Source: Bacilli bacterium (lineage in GTDB: Bacteria; Bacillota_I; Bacilli_A; RF39; UBA660). Taken from it: DNA of 64,000 nt. The notes under the pieces are model-generated. The model was not told where the DNA came from. It was given only the letters and a program-made list of their open reading frames with translations, and did not search any database. The position numbers and the translations under genes were made by a program. Positions 27,609 through 36,915 of the stretch are shown here, one piece after another; the first letter of the stretch is position 1; the number at the start of each line of letters is the position of its first letter. The stretch is taken from assembly GCA_017515795.1 (NCBI GenBank), contig JAFWEE010000010.1, positions 8,144 to 72,143 on the forward strand, written 5' to 3'.

Positions 27609-28670
27609 ATGGTACAAGAAAAGAGAATAATTAAATCATTATATACAATACGTTTTCTTTTATTTATATTAATCTTTTTAAGGCATACTATTGGTCTTGT
27701 TAAAATGGAATGGTTAGCTCAATCAGGACTTGCTGTTACAGGTTTTATAATTCTAAGTGGTTTCTTAAATGGATATATGTATAATAGTAAATATGATAAG
27801 ATAACCATAAAAAATATAATTGATTTTGTATATAAAAGAATAAAAAAACTATATCCACTACATATAATAACTTTGTTAATCGCAATAGGTATGTATCCAC
27901 CGTTTAATGAGTTTATTTTTCATCAAATAGAATATATAAAAATATTTTTAATGAATTTATTTTTAATTCAAACTTGGGTTAATGATAGTAATTATTATTT
28001 CTCATTTAATGGAGTTTCATGGTTTTTAAGTACTTATTTATTCTTAACAATTATTACTGTTCCAATTTTATATGTTATAGGAAAGATTAATAAGAAAAAG
28101 TATTCAGCAATTATATTTGCAGTATTTATAGTTATAATTTATTCTGCACTATTATTATTAACTCATTATATTCAAATTAAAGGATTGAATTCTGAATTTT
28201 GGATTAATGTATTTCCTCCATCAAGAGCATTAGAATATACAATTGGAATATTATCTGGATGTATAATAAGTAAAATAAAGATTAATTTTAAATATGATAA
28301 AATTGTGTTTACTTTTGCCGAATTATTTTCTTTAATACTAATTTGTGTTTTTGTAAAATATGTTCCATTAAATACATGGTTAACATATTGGGGAAGTAAA
28401 TGGGTAGTACCTTTAGTTCTAATATTTAGTATATTTATATATGAAAAAGGTTATATTAGTAAATTATTTGGAATAAAACTATTAGTAATGATTGGATCTT
28501 CTACTATGGTAATGTATTTTATTCATTCAGAACTTATATATTATATTGTTCATGCAACAGGATATACTATGCATCCACGTTACCTTGCACTATATATATT
28601 CATATTATCTGTTTTATTAGGAGTTATAATTACAAATCTTATGAATAATAAGAAAAAAGATAAGTGTTAA
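27609..28670 (+). CDS. acyltransferase family 3 membrane protein (O-acyltransferase)
   Basis: About 10 TM helices. IRFLLFILIFLRH and VSWFLSTYLF motifs. The ATG at 27609 follows AGGTGA. Confidence 0.8.
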   Translation: MVQEKRIIKSLYTIRFLLFILIFLRHTIGLVKMEWLAQSGLAVTGFIILSGFLNGYMYNSKYDKITIKNIIDFVYKRIKKLYPLHIITLLIAIGMYPPFNEFIFHQIEYIKIFLMNLFLIQTWVNDSNYYFSFNGVSWFLSTYLFLTIITVPILYVIGKINKKKYSAIIFAVFIVIIYSALLLLTHYIQIKGLNSEFWINVFPPSRALEYTIGILSGCIISKIKINFKYDKIVFTFAELFSLILICVFVKYVPLNTWLTYWGSKWVVPLVLIFSIFIYEKGYISKLFGIKLLVMIGSSTMVMYFIHSELIYYIVHATGYTMHPRYLALYIFILSVLLGVIITNLMNNKKKDKC

Positions 28671-28680
28671 ATATTCGCCA

Positions 28681-28708
28681 AACTAAAAGTTAAAACTTTT
28701 AGTTTTTT
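28681..28708 (+). terminator. rho-independent terminator
   Basis: AACTAAAAGTT..AACTTTTAGTT followed by TTTT. Confidence 0.5.
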
Positions 28709-28749
28709 ACTTTTTATGCTATAATGAAAAATAGGAAAGTTGGTGTTAA

Positions 28750-29799
28750 ATGAAAAAGAGAAAAATTAATAAGAGAAAAATTTTTACTTTGATGTTAATA
28801 CTACTACTTGTGATTGGATTAGGTGCATTTGGTATTTATAAATTTGTTTTAAGTGATAAAGCACCAATAAAAAAGGGTAAAAAATTAGAAGCTAAAATTG
28901 AAGCAAAAGTTGATATAATTGATGTTGATTCTAAAACTAGACCTTTAGCAATATCAATTAATAATACTCCTGTTGCAGTAAAAGTACAAACAGGTTTAAA
29001 TAAAGCATATTTATTATATGAAATTCCAACAGAAGGATATACAGCAAGATTAATTGCATTCTTTAAAGATGTTGAAGATACTAAAGTAGGTACTATTAGA
29101 AGTGCTAGACATAATATGCTTGATTATTCATATGAATCAGATGCAATATTTGTTGCTTTTGGATGGAGTCATTATGCTCAAGATGATATGCAAAACAAGA
29201 AATTAATTGATTATGTTCAAGGTATAGTAGGTGAAGGTGGAATGTGGAGAGACAATCCTGCACATTTAGATTCTGAACATACTGTTTATTTACAAACACA
29301 AAAAGTAATTGATTACGCTAAAGATAGAAAAGGATATTCTATGGAAAGTGATGATACAGTACTTTTAAATTATAATGTTGTGGACGTTGATTTAAGCAAT
29401 AGATCAGATGCAAAGGTAGCAAATAAAGTTACAATTCCATATGGATCTGTTACAAATGTATTTGAGTATAATTCTGAAACAGGTATGTATACTAGAATAG
29501 TAAATGATAGAAGAACTACAGATTATTATACTGGAGAAGAATTTACTGCTAAGAATTTAATTGTTCAAAAAATAACATATAATAGAACAGATGATGGTTA
29601 TTATTGGAATTTACATACATCTGGTTCTGGTGATGGATATTACATTACTAATGGTTATGCTATTCCAATTAAATGGAGTAAAGAAAATAGAAAAGCTAAA
29701 ACAAAATTTACATACACTGATGGTGATGAAATAGAAGTATCAGACGGAAGAACTTATATAGAAGTTCAAATAACTGATAAACTTACAACAATAGAATAG
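28750..29799 (+). CDS. DUF3048 (YerB-like) secreted/membrane-anchored protein
   Basis: N-terminal TM helix. RPLAISINNTPVAVKVQTGLNKAYLLYEIPTEGYTARLIAFF resembles the DUF3048 N-domain. Confidence 0.7.
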   Translation: MKKRKINKRKIFTLMLILLLVIGLGAFGIYKFVLSDKAPIKKGKKLEAKIEAKVDIIDVDSKTRPLAISINNTPVAVKVQTGLNKAYLLYEIPTEGYTARLIAFFKDVEDTKVGTIRSARHNMLDYSYESDAIFVAFGWSHYAQDDMQNKKLIDYVQGIVGEGGMWRDNPAHLDSEHTVYLQTQKVIDYAKDRKGYSMESDDTVLLNYNVVDVDLSNRSDAKVANKVTIPYGSVTNVFEYNSETGMYTRIVNDRRTTDYYTGEEFTAKNLIVQKITYNRTDDGYYWNLHTSGSGDGYYITNGYAIPIKWSKENRKAKTKFTYTDGDEIEVSDGRTYIEVQITDKLTTIE

Positions 29800-29810
29800 A
29801 GGAGAATAAA

Positions 29811-31358
29811 ATGGAAAAGAAGAAGAAAAAAACAAAATCTAAAAAGACTAAGAATAAGAATAAAACTAGCAAAAAGATTGTTAGTAGAATTATAAACGTA
29901 CTATCCATTGTAGCAGTTACATTATTCTTGTGGTATTCATATCATATAAATATTATTCCAATGAAATACTATAGAATTGCTGCATTATCATTAGTAGGTT
30001 TTGAAATTATTTATACATTATTATGTATTAACAAGAAAAAATCTGGAATAATATTAAAACTATTTAATGTATTAGCTCTTTTATTCATTATTGGATGTGG
30101 AGTTGGATATTGGTATTTAAATAAAACGGTTGCCTTTATAGAAGAAAACTTTAAGAAGAATTATACATATGATGAATATTATATTCTTACAAATAAAGAT
30201 TCATCATTTAATACTATTAAAGATATTAAGGGTAAAACAATATATTATAATGTTGATACAGATTACTATGCTGAAATTAAAACAGAATTGAAAAAGAAAA
30301 CAACTGCTAAAATATCAAAAGTTGATTCTTTATCAGATTCACTTGGAGTTTTAGCTGAACCAGATACTTTAATTCTATTAAGTTCTGGATTATATGATTC
30401 AATTTCAACATATGATGAGGGATATATAAATCATATAAAAATAGTTGATACTATAAGAATAATAGTACCAAGAGTACAAGAAGAAAAAGAAAAAGAAATT
30501 GATTTAACAAATACGCCATTTATTATTTATTTAAGTGGTATAGATACTAGAACTGAAACATTAGTTAAAAAGAGTCTTAGTGACGTTAATATGTTTATAG
30601 TTGTTAATCCTAATACTAAAACAATATTACTTGTTAGTATTCCAAGAGATTCTTATGTTCCACTTCATGGATATAATGGTAGGAAAGATAAATTAACTCA
30701 TGCTGGATCTTTAGGTGGCCTAGAATTATCAAAAGCAACAAGTGAAGATGTATTAGACATCCATGCAGATTATTATGCAAGAGTAAACTTTAGAGCAGTT
30801 GTTAACTTAGTTGATGCTGTTGGTGGTGTAGTTGTTCAAGAAGAACCATATATAACAAAGAGATTTTCTTGTTGGACAAATAGAAAATGCTGGATAGAAC
30901 CAGGTGAAAACTATTTAACAGGTGAATGTGCATTAGCATTTGCTAGAGAAAGATATCATTATTATGATGGTGATATGCAAAGAAATAAGAACCAACAAAA
31001 AGTATTACAAGCGTTATTTAATAAGTTATCATCAAGTACTTATATGGTTGCTCATTATGATAAATTCTTAAATGCCGTAGCAGGTACTTTTGAAACTGAT
31101 ATGTCTCCAGAAGATATTAAAAAGTTAATTAAGTTCCAATTAAATGATATGTCACCTTGGACATTTGAATCACAAAATGTAGTTGGTGGTACTGGAAGAA
31201 CAACAACATATTCTTCAGGATCTACAGAATTATCAGTTGTTTATCCAAATCAAAAGTCTATAAATGAAGCTAAAGAAGCTATCAGAAAAGTATTAGCTGG
31301 TGAATCACTTCATCCAGAAGAAAATACTACTACTGAAGGTGAAAATGCTGCACAATAA
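29811..31358 (+). CDS. LCP (LytR-CpsA-Psr) family glycopolymer-to-peptidoglycan ligase
   Basis: Lys-rich N-terminus and TM helices. Core FIIYLSGIDTR...SDVNMFIVVNPNTKTILLVSIPRDSYV...KLTHA and ALAFARERYHY. Confidence 0.85.
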   Translation: MEKKKKKTKSKKTKNKNKTSKKIVSRIINVLSIVAVTLFLWYSYHINIIPMKYYRIAALSLVGFEIIYTLLCINKKKSGIILKLFNVLALLFIIGCGVGYWYLNKTVAFIEENFKKNYTYDEYYILTNKDSSFNTIKDIKGKTIYYNVDTDYYAEIKTELKKKTTAKISKVDSLSDSLGVLAEPDTLILLSSGLYDSISTYDEGYINHIKIVDTIRIIVPRVQEEKEKEIDLTNTPFIIYLSGIDTRTETLVKKSLSDVNMFIVVNPNTKTILLVSIPRDSYVPLHGYNGRKDKLTHAGSLGGLELSKATSEDVLDIHADYYARVNFRAVVNLVDAVGGVVVQEEPYITKRFSCWTNRKCWIEPGENYLTGECALAFARERYHYYDGDMQRNKNQQKVLQALFNKLSSSTYMVAHYDKFLNAVAGTFETDMSPEDIKKLIKFQLNDMSPWTFESQNVVGGTGRTTTYSSGSTELSVVYPNQKSINEAKEAIRKVLAGESLHPEENTTTEGENAAQ

Positions 31359-31385
31359 GTTTTGCTAAAAAGCAAAACTTTTTTA
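31358..31385 (+). terminator. rho-independent terminator
   Basis: AGTTTTGCT-AAAA-AGCAAAACT followed by TTTTT. Confidence 0.55.
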
Positions 31386-31431
31386 TTTAAATAAAATAAT
31401 ACATGTTATAATATTGTTAGGAGGTATTACT

Positions 31432-32592
31432 ATGGATAAAAACAAATTATTTGATAAATTTATAATGATATTTTTAATAATTAGTCCTATATTAGATTTC
31501 TTTGCATATGTTCAAAAAGAATATATTAAATTTCCAATATCAATAAGTCTAATTATTAGGGGATTATTCTTGTTAATAATATTTATATATTTAATTAGAA
31601 AACAAGATAATAGAAAAATATTATTATTCTTTTTAATATATTTTATATTAGCACTTGGTTCTTATTTATTAAGAAAAGTAAATATATATTATGAAATAGT
31701 TAATCTTTTAAAGATATTCTATTTACCTATAATGATGTTATTCTTTTCTAAATATACTAATTCTAAAATAGATGATAAATTTATATTAAAAGTATATATA
31801 GTTTATATTATTACTTTTGTTATAATGCATATATTAAAGTTAGACACTCAATATATTCCTATTATTAGTGCTATATTAGTAGGATTATTACCTGTAACAT
31901 TAAATTATGTAATGGAATCAAAGAATTATATATTAAAGGTAGTATTTTATTTACTATTGGGGTTAATAACATATTTAATTGGTACTAGATTATTAGTTAC
32001 TGGATTCTTAGTTGTATTCTTTGGAGTATATGTTATGAGATACAAACTAGAATTTATTTATAATAATTTTAAAAGAAGATTTACTATTATTCTTTCGTTT
32101 ATTGGATTCCTAGTAGTATTTGGAATAATAGTTAGATTTACTCCTTTCTACGGAATAATGAAAGATACTATAACATCTTTAAATATCCATTCATTAAGAG
32201 ATGTTTATAGATTTAATACAATAGATCAATTAATATTCTCTGGTGGTCTTTCACAATTTGCAGATATTATGAAGGATTTCATAAAAGGTGGATATGACAC
32301 AATTATGTATGGCCTTGGTTGGAATGGTGTAGAAACTTTAACTAAAATAGATCCTTTTGATATATTAGTTACTACAGGTATTTTTGGTAGTGCTATATTT
32401 ATAATAATGTTTACTTATGTTAATTTTAGAACTGAGTTAAAAAAAGAACATTATTATTCATATGTAATGTTTTTAGCAATAGCGGTATTTGCTGGAAGAA
32501 CATTATTATATCCATCAGTATCATTATTTATAGCAGTTCTTTATTTAGTGTCTGCTAATTCAATTAAAATCGAAAAAAAAAAATACTCCTAG
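31432..32592 (+). CDS. polytopic membrane protein, O-antigen ligase/polymerase-like
   Basis: About 10-12 TM helices. The ATG at 31432 lies 7 nt after AGGAGG. The reading frame ends 9 nt after an A11 tract. Confidence 0.6.
   Translation: MDKNKLFDKFIMIFLIISPILDFFAYVQKEYIKFPISISLIIRGLFLLIIFIYLIRKQDNRKILLFFLIYFILALGSYLLRKVNIYYEIVNLLKIFYLPIMMLFFSKYTNSKIDDKFILKVYIVYIITFVIMHILKLDTQYIPIISAILVGLLPVTLNYVMESKNYILKVVFYLLLGLITYLIGTRLLVTGFLVVFFGVYVMRYKLEFIYNNFKRRFTIILSFIGFLVVFGIIVRFTPFYGIMKDTITSLNIHSLRDVYRFNTIDQLIFSGGLSQFADIMKDFIKGGYDTIMYGLGWNGVETLTKIDPFDILVTTGIFGSAIFIIMFTYVNFRTELKKEHYYSYVMFLAIAVFAGRTLLYPSVSLFIAVLYLVSANSIKIEKKKYS
32573..32583 (+). repeat. homopolymeric A11 tract at the junction of two reading frames
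   Basis: Counted directly: cg + 8 A at 32571..32580, then 3 A at 32581..32583. Confidence 0.95.
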
Positions 32593-33662
32593 TATCTAAT
32601 TTATATCCATCAAAAAAATATGAGTATTATGGAGTATATATTAAGAATGTTAAAGAAATATTAGATACAAAGTATGATGTTTCTTTAATAGTAGTTCATA
32701 AAGAAGAAAAAATATTAAAGAAATTATTATCTTATATATATTTACATACTAGAGTAATTCTTAAGGGTATATTTAATAATTATGATTATATTTATGTTCA
32801 TAATATAGCAAGAACTTCGTTTGGTGCAGTTTTAATTAAGTTAACATCAAAGAATACAAAACTTATTATGAATGCTCACACAAATGATATTATTGATGAT
32901 AGAGAAAAAGATTTAGAATATATTAGAAAAACTAGAAGATATATAAGTTTTGCTGATAAAGTTATTGTTCCATCTGAATATTTTAAAAATATTATAAGAG
33001 ATAATTATTATTATGATGAATCAAAAATAGTTATATATCCATCTGGTGGAGTAGACACTGATATTTTTAAAGATGCTGATAAAAAAGAAGCACTTGAAAG
33101 ATTAAATCTTAATAGTAAATATAAATATGTAGGATTTGCATCTAGAATAGAAGCAAATAAAGGATATGATATTTATCTTAGATTTATAAAAGAATTAGAA
33201 AAAGATAAAAAAATAGGTAATTATAGATTTTTAATTGTAGGTACAGGTTCAGAAGAAAATAAACTAAATAGTTTAATTAAAGATTTATCCTTAGAAAAAT
33301 ATGTAGAAGTTAGAAGTATGCTTGAATTAAAAGAATTGGTGGACTTCTATAATTCCTTAGATGTATTTATTTTTCCAACTTATAGAAGAAGTGAAAGTCT
33401 TGGGCTTGTTGGACTTGAAGCTATGTCATGTGGTTGTTTTGTAATAGCATCCGATAACTATGGACCTAGCAGTTATATTAAGAATAATAAAAATGGATTT
33501 ACTTTTAAAAGTAAAGATCCAATAGATTTAAAAAATAGATTTATAGAATATACAAATCTAAATAATGAAAAATTGAATAAAATCATTTCTAAAGCTATAG
33601 AGACTGCTAAAGAATATGATAAAAATAGTACAAAAGACATTATTTTAAAAGTTTTTGAATAA
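32574..33662 (+). CDS. family 4 glycosyltransferase with a full-length reading frame but no start codon for its N-terminal ~98 codons (frameshifted, fused or phase-variable)
   Basis: The track ORF 32868..33662 covers only the C-terminal two thirds (ESLGLVGLEAMSCGCFVI E-x7-E region). The same frame stays open back to 32568 and encodes KKKILLVSNLYPSKKYEYYGVYIKN, a typical GT4 N-terminus. There is no ATG, GTG or TTG in frame before 32868. Confidence 0.7.
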   Translation, partial: KKKILLVSNLYPSKKYEYYGVYIKNVKEILDTKYDVSLIVVHKEEKILKKLLSYIYLHTRVILKGIFNNYDYIYVHNIARTSFGAVLIKLTSKNTKLIMNAHTNDIIDDREKDLEYIRKTRRYISFADKVIVPSEYFKNIIRDNYYYDESKIVIYPSGGVDTDIFKDADKKEALERLNLNSKYKYVGFASRIEANKGYDIYLRFIKELEKDKKIGNYRFLIVGTGSEENKLNSLIKDLSLEKYVEVRSMLELKELVDFYNSLDVFIFPTYRRSESLGLVGLEAMSCGCFVIASDNYGPSSYIKNNKNGFTFKSKDPIDLKNRFIEYTNLNNEKLNKIISKAIETAKEYDKNSTKDIILKVFE

Positions 33663-33730
33663 AACACTATATTTATTTCTATATTTTTGATAGAATATAT
33701 ATCTATATTCTTTTAATGACGGAGGAATAA

Positions 33731-34885
33731 ATGAAAAATATTATTATAATTGGTTCAAAAGGATATGAATGTAATTATGGTGGATGGGAGACATTTGTTT
33801 CCAATTTAATTAATAATTATAAAGATGATGATATTAGATTCTTTGTTCCAGAATTATCATTTAAAATGAATAGTAATATAGAAATAAGAAATGGTGTAAT
33901 ATGCAAACAAGTATTTATACCTAAACATGGTTATTTTACCATGTTTAGTTTTGTTATTAAGGCACTTCTTTATTACACTAAACTTATTAGAAAAGAAAGA
34001 ATGAAGAATGTAATCATATATATGCTTGGTTGCAGGGGTGGATTAATTATTCCATTTATTAAAAAGAGATTATCTAAAATGGGTGTTAAGATTATTACTA
34101 ATCCTGGTAGTATTGATTGGAAGATTGAATCTAAACCATGGATTATTAGAAAACTATCAAAAATATCTGAAAAGAAAATGATTAATGCATCTAATTTAGT
34201 AGTTTGTGATAGTAAAATGGTAGAAAACTATATTAAAGAAAACTATGATGTTCAAACTAAATATATTCCTATGGGATCTAGACTAAATGAAGTAAAAGAT
34301 ATTGATAAAAAAACAAGAATATTCATGGAAAAAAAGAATATTAGAAAAAGAGAATACTATTTAGTTATTGTAAGATTTGTCCCTAAGAATAATATTGAAT
34401 TAATAATTAAAGAATTTATGCTTAGTGATACTAAAAAAGATTTAGTAATTGTATCTGATATAGAAAAGAATAAATACTATGATAGATTATTAAAAACTAC
34501 AAATTTTGATAAAGATAAAAGAATTAAATTTGTAGGACCTATTTATGATAAAGATATTATTACTAGACTAAGAGTATATGCTAAAGCAAATATTTATGGA
34601 CATAAAGAGGGAGGTATTAATCCATCTTTAATAGAGAACTTATCAACAACAGATATTAATATAGTTTATGAAAATGAATATAATAAAGAGGTTGGAAAAG
34701 ACTCTTGTATATATTTTACTGATGAAGCATTTATGTTAAGAGATATTTTAGATAAAGTAGATAACTTTAAAACAAGAGAATATGAAGAGTATGGTAACAA
34801 AGCAAAAGAAAGAATAAAGGAAGAGTATAATCTTGATTCTATAATGAACAAGTATAAAAAAATATTTAATAATTTATTGAAGTAA
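33731..34885 (+). CDS. glycosyltransferase with DUF1972 N-terminal domain (WchF/RgpA-like)
   Basis: IIIIGSKGYECNYGGWETFVSNLINNY matches the DUF1972 signature (G-S-R/K-G...YGG-F/W-ETFV). RBS GGAGG. Confidence 0.8.
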   Translation: MKNIIIIGSKGYECNYGGWETFVSNLINNYKDDDIRFFVPELSFKMNSNIEIRNGVICKQVFIPKHGYFTMFSFVIKALLYYTKLIRKERMKNVIIYMLGCRGGLIIPFIKKRLSKMGVKIITNPGSIDWKIESKPWIIRKLSKISEKKMINASNLVVCDSKMVENYIKENYDVQTKYIPMGSRLNEVKDIDKKTRIFMEKKNIRKREYYLVIVRFVPKNNIELIIKEFMLSDTKKDLVIVSDIEKNKYYDRLLKTTNFDKDKRIKFVGPIYDKDIITRLRVYAKANIYGHKEGGINPSLIENLSTTDINIVYENEYNKEVGKDSCIYFTDEAFMLRDILDKVDNFKTREYEEYGNKAKERIKEEYNLDSIMNKYKKIFNNLLK

Positions 34886-34898
34886 CAAGGAGATTATA

Positions 34899-35648
34899 AT
34901 GAGAACAGTTATATATGCATATAAAACAAAAAATAATAATTATGAAGAAGTATTTGAAAATGGAATTTGTTTTTTTAATACATCATTAGATTTAAATAAA
35001 TCTTTTGTAAGAATAACAGACGGAAACAATGATGATTTTCTTTTAGGATTAAAAAATGGAGAAGTAGCTTATTTTATTACTATTCCAGAAAAATATTTAG
35101 AGGTTAAAGAATCTGATGATAAGAGAATTTCACCATATCCAATATTATTTGAAAGAGCAATGACAAATCCTGAAGAAGGGGTAATGGATATATTCCCAGT
35201 AATTGTTCCATGCTTAATATCAGGTATGTATGATTCAAAATTAGACTATATTGAAAACCCAGACTATAGAATTAACTTTGATCCTCGTGGTTTAAAATTT
35301 ACTAAGGAACAACTTAGTAGTATAAAATGTTATATGCCTGAAGAAGTAAGAGAAACACTAGTAAATAGAAATAATAGAGATTCATTAGAATTATTCCAAG
35401 AAGAATTAAATGAAGAACCTAAAACTATAAAAGATAAAGAAGGAAATACTAGAATAATAGATTGGATTTGGAAACCATTAATGAAACAACATAAAATTGA
35501 AAGTGTAACCCCACCATTTGCTAAAAAAGGAAATCTACTAAGTATTAAATTTACTGAAAAGAAAGAAAAAACAAAAAAATTAGAACAAGGAAAAGGAAAA
35601 AAGGGTAAAAAGAACAAAAGAACATTTGATATGGAAGAAGATTATTAA
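34899..35648 (+). CDS. hypothetical soluble protein with a Lys-rich C-terminal tail
   Basis: 249-aa ORF with an AAGGAG RBS, 13 nt after the preceding glycosyltransferase and followed by a terminator. No TM helix and no recognisable family. Confidence 0.6.
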   Translation: MRTVIYAYKTKNNNYEEVFENGICFFNTSLDLNKSFVRITDGNNDDFLLGLKNGEVAYFITIPEKYLEVKESDDKRISPYPILFERAMTNPEEGVMDIFPVIVPCLISGMYDSKLDYIENPDYRINFDPRGLKFTKEQLSSIKCYMPEEVRETLVNRNNRDSLELFQEELNEEPKTIKDKEGNTRIIDWIWKPLMKQHKIESVTPPFAKKGNLLSIKFTEKKEKTKKLEQGKGKKGKKNKRTFDMEEDY

Positions 35649-35675
35649 AATCATTCATAAGAATGATTTTTTTTA
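35648..35675 (+). terminator. rho-independent terminator
   Basis: AATCATTC-ATAA-GAATGATT followed by TTTTTT. Confidence 0.55.
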
Positions 35676-35720
35676 ATGGAATAATCATTTATAAAAGAAA
35701 ATATAATATTTAAGGGGGGA

Positions 35721-36839
35721 TTGATTATAAAAAAAATAATTAATTTTATTATATTTTCTTTTATTATTGGGTTTATTATTTATTATTCTATATTTGAAAA
35801 TGGAAAAGAAGAAAAAGAAGTAATTATTAAAAAACCAAAGGTAGTAGAAGAAACAGAAAAACTAGTATATCTAATAGATAAAAATAACTCTAATGTAGAA
35901 GAACTTCTAAAAGATGAAATAATTATTAAATATGAAACTGTATATATATGTGAAGAGCAAGAAGAAATAGAAGAGGAAATATTAGAAGAAAAAGAAGAAA
36001 TAGAAGAAATTCCAAAAGAAGGTTTATTAGAGGAAGAAGATGGAACATATTATTATGTTAATAATGAAAGACAAAAAGGTATTATAAATAATATGTATTT
36101 TGATGATAATTATAAACTAAGAAATGAATTTAAAGTAATAGATAACAAAGTATATTATGATAATAATAGAGGTCTTCATTTAGTAGATGGAATAAGATAT
36201 TATTTTGATTTTATTGATGGACATTTAATTAGGTCCTCAGTTAAAAGTGTAATAGATATATCATCATGGCAAGGCGATATAGATTTTGATAAATTAAAAG
36301 AAAGTAATGTAGTAGATGCTGTTATAGTAAGAGTAGGCTATGGAACAAGTATTAATTCTAAATGTGGACTAGATAAAAAGTTTGAAAGAAATATATCTGA
36401 ATTAAATAGATTAGGTATTCCATATGGAATATATATTTATGGATATGCTCAAAATGAATATGCTGCTAATATTGAAGCAAACTTTGTTTATGATATGATT
36501 CAAAAATATAATGTTAAACTATATTATCCAGTATTCTATGATGCTGAAATAAGGAATTATAACGGTGTAAATTATACTAAAAACTTATATACTAAGGTAA
36601 TTAATGCATTTAGTAATAATCTTGAAAATAAAGGCATAAAAACAGGCGTATATGGTAACTTATATATGCTTACTAAAGGATCTTTAAATGATTTATCTAT
36701 TAGAAATAAACCTATATGGGTAGCTCAATATTATAATAAATGTCAATATGATTCTGATTATATAGGATGGCAATATTCTTCTAAAGGAAGTATACCAGGT
36801 GTAAATGGAAGAGTAGATGTAAATATTTTTAATTATTAG
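35721..36839 (+). CDS. membrane-anchored GH25 muramidase (lysozyme) with an acidic linker and cell-wall-binding-like repeats
   Basis: VIDISSWQGDIDFDKLKESNVVDAVIVRVGYG and YGIYIYGYA are GH25 motifs. N-terminal TM helix. The TTG start abuts the GGGGGG run, so the exact start is uncertain. Confidence 0.85.
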   Translation: MIIKKIINFIIFSFIIGFIIYYSIFENGKEEKEVIIKKPKVVEETEKLVYLIDKNNSNVEELLKDEIIIKYETVYICEEQEEIEEEILEEKEEIEEIPKEGLLEEEDGTYYYVNNERQKGIINNMYFDDNYKLRNEFKVIDNKVYYDNNRGLHLVDGIRYYFDFIDGHLIRSSVKSVIDISSWQGDIDFDKLKESNVVDAVIVRVGYGTSINSKCGLDKKFERNISELNRLGIPYGIYIYGYAQNEYAANIEANFVYDMIQKYNVKLYYPVFYDAEIRNYNGVNYTKNLYTKVINAFSNNLENKGIKTGVYGNLYMLTKGSLNDLSIRNKPIWVAQYYNKCQYDSDYIGWQYSSKGSIPGVNGRVDVNIFNY

Positions 36840-36915
36840 TGTAAACTTTTTAAAAACCAATTATTTTTATACATATTTATGATATTATATATATGTTAGC
36901 AAGGTGGTTGAAAAA

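Noticed and set aside
29105-29299. Antisense 64-aa ORF within the DUF3048 gene
   Set aside because: Embedded antisense with no supporting signals.
33473-33667. Antisense 64-aa ORF at the GT4 3' end
   Set aside because: Embedded antisense with no supporting signals.
34666-35617. Antisense ORFs 34666..34851 and 35330..35617
   Set aside because: Both lie opposite plus-strand ORFs that have RBSs and operon context. Their composition (Phe/Ser/Leu-rich) is the mirror of Lys/Glu-rich sense coding.
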